From Nemertoderma westbladi (Eukaryota; Animalia; Xenacoelomorpha): DNA of 52,131 nucleotides. Positions within the stretch are counted from its first letter, which is position 1, and each line of letters opens with the position of its first letter. The notes beneath the pieces were generated by a model. It was given only the letters and a program-made list of their open reading frames with translations, ran no database searches and was not told where the DNA came from. Positions 24,787 to 35,282 of this stretch are shown piece by piece. A program made the translations under genes and the position numbers. The stretch covers positions 1 to 52,131 of the forward strand of contig JAUCBJ010001247.1 in NCBI GenBank assembly GCA_032718475.1, written 5' to 3'.

Positions 24787-25739
24787 TATTATCCTCACTC
24801 TACAACTCAGACAGTAAGCAAACAAAAGCCGTGGGATTCTAATGTATTACATCATAAGCTGATTGCTCTCCCAATAGGCCTCACACACTCAATGAATCGA
24901 ATGAAATCGAATATCTATTAGCTTAATGCGAATAGCTGAAGCTGAATGCCATTTTAGTTATTGCGTACTGTTGATTGCAGAGTTGTCTGCTATGTTGTAT
25001 GTATTTAATTAAAATAATTTTCGTAGAGGGAAGTTAATTTGGGATTACTCTCTATCAGATGTAAGCAAAGCTGTTCAATGGGGTGGGCCATGGGACCCAA
25101 ATATAGTACATTATGCATGGCAAACATTAATAAAATCATTCAGTCAACCTGAATGGTATTTGCTTTAGTTAACTACTGTGTGTGAAACGCGAATTTATAA
25201 TGTTACCCATACTTCAGGTAAATTAATTTTTAGATATTTTGTACTGAAGGCAAGGATTTCTGTTATAATTAAAATACAAGACAGGGGCTTGTTTCGATAT
25301 ATGTAGTTGCGCCCTTCGAGCAGCACGTGAGTTAATCAAATATTAGACACAATGTTTGACTTTGTCACTTCGAGCAGCACGTGAGTTTGGCTTTGACCCT
25401 TCGATATAATGTATTTGCGCCTTTCGAGCAGCGCGTGAGTTACATCAAATAATAGACACACTGTTTGACTTTGTCCCTTCGAGCAGCACGTGAGTTTTGC
25501 TTTGTCCCTTGATATATGATGTTGCGCCCTTCGAGCAGCTCATGAGTTACATCAAATAATAGACACACTGTTTGACTTTGTCCCTTCGAGCAGCACGTGA
25601 GTTTTGCTTTGTCCCTTGATATATGATGTTGCGCCCTTCGAGCAGCTCATGAGTTACATCAAATAATAGACACACTGTTTGACTTTGTCCCTTCGAGCAG
25701 CACGTGAGTTTGGCTTTAACCCTTCCAGCATCGTGTGTC

Positions 25740-26952
25740 AATCGAGCCGAATCATACCGATTGAGCCGAATAGAACCAATCGAGGTGATCAAGCCGAGTC
25801 GAGCCCAATCGAGCCGAACAGAGCCGAGTTGAGCCCAATTAAGCCGAGTCGAGCCAGACTGAGCCGAGTCAAGCCCAATCGAGTCGAGTCGAGCCCAATA
25901 GAGCCGAGTCGAGCCCAATCAAGCCTAGTCGAGCCCAATTGAGCTGGACCGAGCCAAGTCGAACCCAATTGAGCCGGACTGAGCCAAGTTGAGCCAAATC
26001 GAGCCAAGTCAAGCCCAATCAATCCCATTCGAGCCGAGTCGTGTGGATTGAGCCGAATCGAGCCCAATTGAGCCAAGTCAAGCCGGACCGAGCCAAGTCG
26101 AACCCAATCGAGCCGAATCGAGCTGAGTCGACTCAGACCGAGCCGAGCCGAGCCGGGCCGAGCCGAGCCGAGCCGATCCGAGCCGAGCCGAGCCGAGCCG
26201 AGCCGAGCCGAGCCGAGCCGAGCCGAGCCGAGCCGAGCCGAGCCGAGCCGAGCCGAGCCGAGCCGAGCCGAGCCGAGCCGAGCCGAGCCGAGCCGAGCCG
26301 AGCCGAGCCGAGCCGAGCCGAGCCGAGCCGAGCCGAGCCGAGCCGAGCCGAGCCGAGCCGAGCCGAGCCGAGCCGAGCCGAGCCGAGCCGAGCCGAGCCG
26401 AGCCGAGCCGAGCCGAGCCGAGCCGAGCCGAGCCGAGCCGAGCCGAGCCGAGCCGAGCCGAGCCGAGCTGAGCCGAGCCGTGTCGACCGTGTCACGCCAA
26501 ATTGAGCCCGGATTGAGCCCAATCAAGCTGAGTCGAGCCCAATCGAGCCGAGTCGAGCCAGACTGAGCCGAGTCAAGCCCAAATCGAATCGAGTCGAGCC
26601 CAATCGAGCCGGGTCGAGCCCAATCAAGCCTAGTCGAGCCCAATTGAGCCGGACCGAGCCAAGTCGAGCCCAATCGAGCCAGACTGAGCCAAGTTGAGCC
26701 AAATCGATCCGAGTCAAGCCCAATCAATCCCAATTGAGCCGATTCGAGCCGAGTCGAGCAGATTGAGCTGAATCGAGCCCAATTGAGCCAAGTCGAGCTG
26801 GACCGAGCCGAGTCGAACCCAATCGAGCTGATTGAGCCGAATCAAGCTGAGTCGAGTCAGATCTAGCCGAGCCGAGCCTAATCGAGCCAAACCGAGCCGA
26901 TCAAGCCAAGTCGAACTAAATCGTGCCCAATCGTGCAAGACCGAGCCGAGCT
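25740..26952. repeat. (GAGCC)n pure core (about 26140-26480) with degenerate pentamer flanks in type B unit 8
   Basis: Pure agccg run flanked by gagcccaatc/gagtc variants. Confidence 0.97.
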
Positions 26953-27412
26953 CGTTGTCTCTTTTATTTGAAATAAAAAGTCGGTTCCTTATCGGGCCGC
27001 TAGGCCCGTCACTAGTACTGTTTATTAACAATATATGCGGAAGTTAAAGTTTTTCCCCAGGGTCCAGAACTATTAGAACACCTTTGTGCTGTAAACTAAT
27101 TTATGGTTTATAATTTATGCTAATTTTGGGAATAGTTCCATAAGGAAATTCGAAGAACTAAGTCCACACCTCATTAATTAAGAGAAATGGAGCCAATGTG
27201 TTAATCTGAATGACACCCTTATCGACACCCAACAGCCCCCTCCCGAACAATTATCAGGACGGGGCGGCCGAATTAAGTAATAGTGCCTATAGATTGATAT
27301 GATGTCAATTGGATGTCGAAGGTTCGGTGTAAATTCATAACATTTATTAGTTATTCATCAGCACAGACTAACCATTACTGTATAATATTAATATTGATAA
27401 AATGATACTTAC

Positions 27413-27628
27413 AAAATTTGCAACTAGCATACACATGTCACCCACAGCAAGAGCAATTATAAGTCTATTGTGGTGTCTGTTTCTAAGGGTTGCTGAATTC
27501 AATACAGTTGTTATGACAATTCCATTTAAAATCAATCCTGTTGGTAATAGTAGTAATCGTATAATATGAATAACATCACCCCAAACCATTGCATCCCATC
27601 TGTAATTGATATCTTTGCCCTGCGTCAT
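27413..27628 (-). CDS. GPCR first coding exon (N-terminus, TM1, TM2)
   Basis: 72 codons MTQGKD...GLILNGIVI (TM1 GxxxN)...LAVGD (TM2 LAxxD)...ANF, followed by a consensus phase-0 donor GTAAGT. In-frame stops lie upstream of the ATG. The joined CDS is 216+140+592=948 nt (315 aa). Confidence 0.8.
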
Positions 27629-28031
27629 GATGGGTTAAGGAATCTAAACCACCCTAAGAATTATCAGTAAAAAAATAATATTTTTAATTAGAAACGTTTT
27701 TAATGTTTGAAATATATATATATACCTATTGGGCATCATTTAACGCTGAATTCAACTCAGCACAAAGTTGATGTGTAAAATTGAGACTAAAATTTTCTTA
27801 ACAAAACATTAAGTGAGAAAACTATCGTAAGACGAACTTACTACTGATTTACGAACTGTAACACAAAATTCATACAAAACAATAACAGAGGCAATAACAG
27901 AGACAATAACAGATGTACCATACAGGTAAATGTATCATCAACAAAGTAACTTAGAGATGCAAGAGTAGCAAGATGCCATATACCGACTATCCAATATTTA
28001 CAAGGTAGAAGAATAATACTCAATTCTGTAT

Positions 28032-29386
28032 TAGGGTGGTGCCAAATGGTAAGAATTAAGGCAATTCTCTAAATTTCGTCTATATCTTGTCGGATCCCAA
28101 GGGGGTTGAAATTTTGAGCCATCGCGATGCACCATAATGTGAGCCATCGCGATGCGCCATAATGAAATTTATAACAATATAACGCATTGATAAAAGATCA
28201 ATGACTCAAGAAAGAACTTCCTGCATGCATCTAATGTCATCAAATGGGTCCAAACTTAGTTAGAAACCAAAATTTTGATTTTGGGATCAAGGGAACTATT
28301 TCTACAGGCACATGGCCAGAAACTACTCAAAGTAACTCTTATTCTCAATTTTCGTGATGGACAACTTTTAGTTCTCCTATTGCATTAATAGTATGCTCAT
28401 TAGAACCGCAATGACCGATTTAGTGGGGATAGACACCATCAAAACAAACGTAAAGGGAATATAGTTCTTGAGATATTGCAGAAAATGTTAAGTCCGTACA
28501 AGTCAACATTAGTGCCTGATGATTTTTAGACAAATACAATAAAAATGTTACTTCTAATTATCTTAAGGCATCAAAAATATACACATCACTTCAACGAATT
28601 GATTTAGTGTATACAGACACCTTCAAAATGAAAGAGAAGTAATTAGTTTTCTATAGTTTTGTACAAAATTTCTGGAATAGGTTAACTCAATATAAAGTCC
28701 AATCTATTGGTGGACATAGTCTTGACATTTTGTAAAATAACTCAACAACTAATGAGTCTACTCTTATTTTGAAGGTGTCTACACCCACTACATCGATAAT
28801 TTCTGTGATGTGTCTGTTCGTGATTCCTTCAGATAATTCCAAGTATCATTTTTAGTATATTTGCCCAATCTCATCAAGGCGGTAATATAGACTTATGCTG
28901 GACTTCACATTTTCTGTAATATCTCAAGAACTATTCGCTCTACGCTTGTTTTGAAGGTGTCTACAGCCACTAAAAGGGTCATTGCGGATATAATGAGCAT
29001 AAAATTAATGCAGTAGGAGAACTAAAAGTTGTCCATCGCGCAAATTGCGAATAAGAGTCACTTGCGCCAAAGATAGGTTCTGGCCATGTGCCTGTGGCAC
29101 TAGTTCCCTTGACCCCAAAATCAAAATTTTGGTATCTATCTAAGTTTGGACACATTTGATGCATCCAGGAAGTTCTTTATTGAGTCATTGATCTTTCATT
29201 TATGTGTTATATTGATATAAATTTAATTTTGGTGCATCGCGAAGGCTCAAAATTTCAACCCCCTTGGGAGATATTGATAAATTTAGATACATTTTTTTTT
29301 GCCTTAATTTTTTACCATTTGGCAACTTTTACGCACCTGTAGAACAATTTAATCGAAAAAAGGTAAAAAAAAAACGCACCGCTCTA
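28032..29386. mobile_element. Non-autonomous fold-back hAT-type element with 8-bp TSD
   Basis: Termini TAGGGTGGTGC / GCACCGCTCTA. TSD TTCTGTAT at 28024-28031 and 29387-29394. Long imperfect inverted arms (e.g. gggggttgaaattttgagcc vs ggctcaaaatttcaaccccc). Confidence 0.85.
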
Positions 29387-29412
29387 TTCTGTATTACACA
29401 ATTAACATGATA

Positions 29413-29565
29413 TCTACATGTCAGGGTTGTGAGGCTCCTCCAGTCATAATTACCCATGCCCTCAAACATGGCGGGTTGATCATAAAGCCACACGATGAAC
29501 TCAGATAAGTGTTCGGCAACTTAATCTCATCCACTTTTGGGGGTATTTGTGTCCAGTGCGAGGTA
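29413..29565 (+). pseudogene. Small fragment of an RLE-type (CRE-like) retrotransposon zinc-knuckle region
   Basis: Manual translation STCQGCEAPPVIITHALKHGGLIIKPHDELR*VFGNL resembles the CxxC..HAL.C..GG..I.RHDE.RD motif. Confidence 0.5.
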
Positions 29566-30959
29566 ACTAACCCCTTCTACCCGATAAATGGGCAACAATG
29601 GCCCATAGGTTGGATGATTATGTGCTGATATCGATAGTTTAAAGCAGCAGTAGAACCAGTACCCCTCTATGGAGTCCATGCTGGACTCTCTAACTGAGAG
29701 GACACCAAATGTCTGGAAGGCACAAATTAAACGGAAGTTTCAAATTACATCTGATATGCAGGTTTAAACATTGTCCGATATGTAATTCTTAAGATAACTT
29801 TTAAAAAAGAACCTGTTTACAGCTCCTTAGTCCTTACAAATATGTCTAGTTAAGAGGGATAATGGCATAAATATATCACCCCGATGTCGTTTGAGAAAAA
29901 TGAATTGATTTATTTCAGTTCAATCCATATATAACTTCTGCCGTTCTATTTACTCTCCTTTATTAATAAAAGTTTCTTATTTAACCATGTAACTTCCTGC
30001 TAATAAACTTGTGTATTAATTCTCTCTATTCCAGGAAGAATATGTTTCAGTCAACAAGACTATTTATTAAAATTCTGCAATCATGCCATATCTGCTTATT
30101 TAGATGGTGTATTGTTTTTAATATTAAATAATATTATTTTATTAACGGTTGAGGTACTAAAGTTAGAATAATATTATTTAATTAATTGTTAAGCAAGTTA
30201 AGCTAAAAACCTTACCGGCCACCGGTTGGTATGCAAGGTCCACAGTATGTAAAAAACTAAAAAAAATAATTAAATAATATTAATATAAATTAATATTATA
30301 TTATATTATTTATTATATTAATTATATATTAATGTCATATACATAGAAAGAGGGCAAGGTATCTCTGATAATTGACATGGGAATACTTTTTCTCCAAGCA
30401 TGGATAGTGATACATATACACATTAATGAGCTTCTATTCTGTCTTTGAGTTATTTGTTTTCACTCTTGTCTTATGTGGGGCGAGCCACGAAGTTTACTGA
30501 GCCTCTGCGAACTGACACTGTTAATGGGGTGGCCAGGGATCCAACTTTGTCGAATTTAAAGCTGTCGAATTGAAAAATTGCAGGCATTAATAAGAGCAAA
30601 AGTTTAGATTTTTAGAGACTTTCGACACCATCTGTTCAACAGTCTCCAGCTAGATGGCGAAATGTTTGAATTAATTTTTAAGGAATAATACTTTCCGATT
30701 ACTCATAGTCTGCCTACATTACGTACTGTAGTTATTGGTAGCCTTCCACTACTGTTGTTGATTTTTTCTGTGTCTTTCTGTGACTTAGAAAGTAACTTAT
30801 TACAGTAGAATGTCAGTATTCTATTTGGTCGGGTTAAGATCAGTCAGGTTAGGTAATTCTAAGAATAGATTCTAGCACGAGTGGCAGAAAATCTGCGCAA
30901 AAGGATATCTGACACTTGCCAGCAGATTTGAAGGTAAAATCTAATGGTTATAACAAATT

Positions 30960-31085
30960 TAGGTTCGTTTGGGTTCTATTGGGATCTTTTGGGTGTTTTT
31001 GGGGTTCTATTGGGTTCTTTTGGGATCTATTGGGTTCTTTTGGATTCCATTGAGTTCTATTGGGGTTTCTTGGGTTCTTTAGGGA
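30960..31085. repeat. Degenerate 10-bp tandem repeat (ttgggttcta-like)
   Basis: Visible periodic tgggttct/tgggatct. Confidence 0.75.
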
Positions 31086-31547
31086 GTTTAGTAGGACCCG
31101 TTATTCAACTCAACCTCGTGTTAGTTCATATTGATAATATATTTCGAAAATGAATTATTCAAGTCAACCTTACAGTATGTTTGTAGTAGGTCTTTACAAC
31201 AGTAGGCATGTACAGTACACTGTACAGTACGCACGCATGGTTTCAGCCTATGGAAGTATATCTGGACTTCTAATTGGCTGTTCATTCAATAAGCTCACCT
31301 CATTGGCTAACACTATCCCATAACCAAAAGTTGTGTCGGTTCAGCCCAATTGCCAGAAGAGGTATCAGTTTGGGAAAATCACTTTTATTACTTGTAAATT
31401 TAACTTGGACCTGCCTACTCCTTCCGTATTAAACAGGTAAATCACAATTATATTGTCATAATCACTAATGTCTGCTGTTATTTGTTACCACGCCATTTAT
31501 ATTGAGTTTAGTTAATTAACAAATACTACTGCTATATATAATTATAT

Positions 31548-32890
31548 CAGGGGCGGATCCAGAGGTCACCTAGCCGGGGGGGGGGGGGCATAAATCAGGG
31601 GCGAGCAAAATTCCAAAAATATTTTTGGTGTTCTTTTTGTGTCAAATGTTTTCTGAAATTACACAATTAAAACCAAATGAATCAGAAGGAAACAGTTATA
31701 ACTATTTATACACAAAAATAAACAGATTAAAACTATATAATAATATTGAGTATATAATAGTACTGTAATGATACTGGCTATTATGTAATGAGTATAATAT
31801 TAATAATAATAAGTTTTAAACCTTTTACTCTATGTTTCGAAAAGAACATTTGGTAGAAGAATACAACGTGGCTTTCCCCTACTAAACTCTTTGACAACAT
31901 CGTCGTGGTTTATGTCAATTTCCAATGGACATACATTAGTGCAAGAGATGTAAATCGGTCTTGGCCCATAGTTGACCGTAGGTATGTTTTGATGAGATGG
32001 ATTACACTGATGCACCTCTCACACTCACAACTAGTTACCTGGAACAACGCACTTATTTGTGGAACACGCTTCACATTAGGGAAAAAATCCTTGTCACATG
32101 CATTTGATGCATCAACAATCGTTGTTGGTGCATCTTCACGACCTTTCCACATCATGAACCTCTGGTGGATCTCACTTGCAAGGCAGTGCTTGTCGACATC
32201 ATCAAAAAAGAATTCGAATTTATCAATGGTTGGCATATGGTTCCCATAGTCACTCTCTCCTGTAAGCATGTGAACCGAGTTCCCATTTCTAATATTAAGT
32301 GATCAATCAGTGGAATCGTAACGGATCTCCGATAATATTCACTAGGATCCTTGGTTGGTACATTACTGCGCTTGGTTTGTCTGATACATATGCCCAAGGC
32401 TTCTCCACAGGAATGTCAAGTGAATCGGCCATCTTTCTCGCTTCATTGAATAGTTCATTGTGGAATTCATCTATGTTGTTGCAAACATCAGAGAGACACA
32501 TTCTCTTACAAGAGACACTTCATTGAAGGCACGTCCGACATCGGGGGAGCGTTCCTGCAGAGATTTGGCAATGCCTTCAATATACAAAAGACAACCGCGG
32601 GCAACAAAGAGGGCTGCAATGAATCCAAAGTCAGTGGCGGTCTTACAAGATATGATGCAGATGGCAGATGGCTTTCGAGTGCTCGGTTTTGTTGCAAAGT
32701 CTTCCAAGGTGGTTATGATGTGAGGTAGAAGATTTATTAGTGTATCGAATGCCACATGTCTCTCCACCCACCGTGTCCGACATAAAGATTTTAGCTTCAA
32801 CTGCTTTTCTTTAGGTGTGTTTAACATGAGCGCATGTTCTTTGGCAGGTGACAAATTGAAGACGGCATCGGACATCATACAATAATATTT
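31548..32890 (-). mobile_element. hAT transposon 3' fragment with frameshifted transposase C-terminus (THAP12/PRKRIR-like)
   Basis: Terminus CAGGGGCGGATCCAG at 31548. Peptides LKSLCRTRWVERH, EYYRRSVTIPLIDHLILEMGTRF and TSCECERCISVIHLIKTYLRSTMGQDRFTSLALMYVH (hATC dimerisation) are spread over several frames. The other terminus was not found. Confidence 0.85.
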
Positions 32891-34657
32891 GCGCGAGCCA
32901 CGTACAGTAGTAGGCGAAGCATTTGTAAACTGACAGTGTTGGGGGCGTGGAGGGTGGGGTCAATAAAGGGAAATACTTGTCATTGGATTTTAACCACCGC
33001 TAGTGGGTGAAATGTCTAAAAATTAAACAACCTCGATTTCTTACAGTACTGTAGTTGTCAGTTGGTTCAAAACCTTGGGAATATAAACACAATTACATTA
33101 TTCGTTTACAAAAGATTACAAATAATTTTTTAATGTTACTTTCTAAATATTTATAATTGTTCTAAATGTTACTGGTTGGTACATACAGTAGTCAACTTGC
33201 TTATTCAGTTATTTGGCGTATATACATACAGTATGTCAATCAATGTCAGTGAGTGCGGACAGTGCAGCAGTGACAAGAACCAGACGTAGTCTTATTTAAA
33301 AACAATACGACTATCCTGCTAGAGCTACCTCTATCAGTCTTAAGGTCAAAGGGTGTACAGTACCTACAACTGACCAGGGCCTTTTAGGTGCAATTCCTCT
33401 AAAACCTAAAAGCATAATTGGGCAGCATAATTGAATTTGGTAAATTAAAATTAGTGACAAAAACTGCTTAATTCCAAGACTGTTATCTTATCGAAGAACA
33501 TTACTTCCTCAGCAAGTCCAAATATAGATCAGAAATATTATATCTTTGCACTAAGCCCCACACTTTTGGTGTGATATATTTCTCAGCAAGTCCTGTAAAG
33601 ATAAGTAGGCCTACCGTGCAAAACCTACCCTACAGAATATAAATAACACATTCTCACGATCCGATCAAAATTGCTAAATGCCTACAGGAGTCAGTCAATC
33701 AGCCTTAAGGGGCAACTCTAACCACCACAGAAATGAAATTTTCGAAAATTTGCACAATTTTTTTGTATTTTGATAGAAGGGCTTTCATAAGGTGATATCG
33801 GTATTCAACATTGAATTATTTTTTGACCTCAAAACTGCTCTTTTCAACAACATAATATATTGCTGATATTTATGACTCTCTGTATAAAACAACTTTGTCG
33901 AATTTTGTCGATTTTGACTTTTTTCATCACTAAATTCCCTACTACTATTTTACTTTTTACTCAATTGCCATCAAACATATACCAAAATGTTCAGAAGCTT
34001 TAGGACTACTATCGTTGGTTTTGTAAAACATTGCCATTTAGATCTTCTAGAGCCGATTTTGTAACAATTTTTTTGCACCTAATTTTGAAAAAACCGACCT
34101 GCTCAAAAAGTGCCATATTTTTCGAACAAACGGTTTATGAATCTATCTATACTCAGTTTTCATACTGTAGTATATAAAAGATCACAGATCATTGTGTTAA
34201 AGTTTCAGAATAGTAGCTTTATAAATTAAACAAATAGATTTTGGGTAATGCAGTAATGGTCCCATTAATATATTAAAAAATTAAAGCTTGAGAAATTCTA
34301 CCAAATCATTACACTTTTTATTATAGCAAAGGTTTTATATGCCGTTTAGTAATGTTACAATTCTTGATGAAAACAATTTTTGCTAAGTAGGCCTACTTAT
34401 TATTAAAGTAGGCCTACTTAGTAGTTATTTGCACGCAGAGTCATCCAACCAAAATACTTTATATTTCCTTCGCAACATTTTCACAATTTAAGTTGTTTTT
34501 AGCAGCTTTTTCTTTTGAAAGGGTTTGTGGAAAAATATCAATTTTCGGGCCATTTTTGGAAATTACTAAAATGTACCTTAGGGCCACCAGAGGCTTAATC
34601 AGGCACTTCATCAATTCAAACACAAATAATGATAGTTGACTTGACTGACAATTATTG

Positions 34658-34890
34658 CTCCATGTCTGACAATTCTGACAGTTTATTAACACCATGTCCG
34701 ACAATTCTGACAATTATTTACTCCATGTCCGACGATTCTGACTGTTATTAACTCCATGTCCGACAATTCTGACTGTTATTAACTCCATGTCCGACAATTC
34801 TGACTGTTATTAACTCCATGTCCGACAATTCTGACTGTTATTAACTCCGTCCGACAATTCTGACTGTTATTAACTCCATGTCCAACAATA
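34658..34890. repeat. 31-bp minisatellite (about 7 copies)
   Basis: Unit ctccatgtccgacaattctgactgttattaa. Confidence 0.92.
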
Positions 34891-35234
34891 CAGATAAATC
34901 TCCACAAGCTTCTTCAATAACTGACAACGTAACAGGCTACTGTAGTCTTGTGTCTTGCATCTGAAAATAAACCAAATTTTGTAAAAAAAATATAAGACTT
35001 GTAGTAACAGGACTTAATAGGCGGGAGATTCAAACTGATTTATCCTATCTTTTGTATCTACAGAACTATATATAATATATATAATAATGCAATTTATACC
35101 TACCGGTTTACTGTCTGACACACCCTACCTGTAGCAGGTATAACCCGTAATACTGTGTTGGCCTACTGGCCTATAACTGATATAATGATTGTAATATATA
35201 TCTGATATCGAACAGACGTTATTATTATATCACA

Positions 35235-35252
35235 TGGTGTCAGAAGTGGGAT
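35235..35252 (+). promoter_or_regulatory. Primer binding site complementary to the tRNA-Leu 3' end
   Basis: TGGTGTCAGAAGTGGGAT immediately after the 5' LTR, complementary to ...ATCCCACTTCTGACACCA. Confidence 0.85.
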
Positions 35253-35282
35253 CTACTGTTTAAAAAAAAAAGCGGAAGAGAT

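Larger units (their letters stand above)
14733..27015 (+). mobile_element. Head-to-tail array of seven HINE units: B 14733-16348, A 16351-17841, A 17844-19328, A 19331-20802, A 20805-22350, A 22353-23851, B 23854-27015
   Basis: All six junctions read gtcaCTAG-TT-AGGAACCGAG. A units (~1.5 kb) are highly similar. B units share only the ~220-bp head and ~70-bp tail with A and carry different interiors. Confidence 0.85.

Noticed and set aside
15521-26733. Long ORFs of AEPSR/LGSAR repeats
   Set aside because: They result from a stop-free pentanucleotide microsatellite open in many frames.
27368-27412. ORF-track extension VSIILSILILYSNG and the donor AATG|GTTAGT
   Set aside because: That donor is phase 1 and incompatible with the phase-0 next exon. 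The upstream GTAAGT at 27412 fits.
33706-34600. TTAA-GGGG start suggesting a Kolobok/piggyBac-like MITE
   Set aside because: No matching inverted terminus found on either side of the Gypsy insertion.
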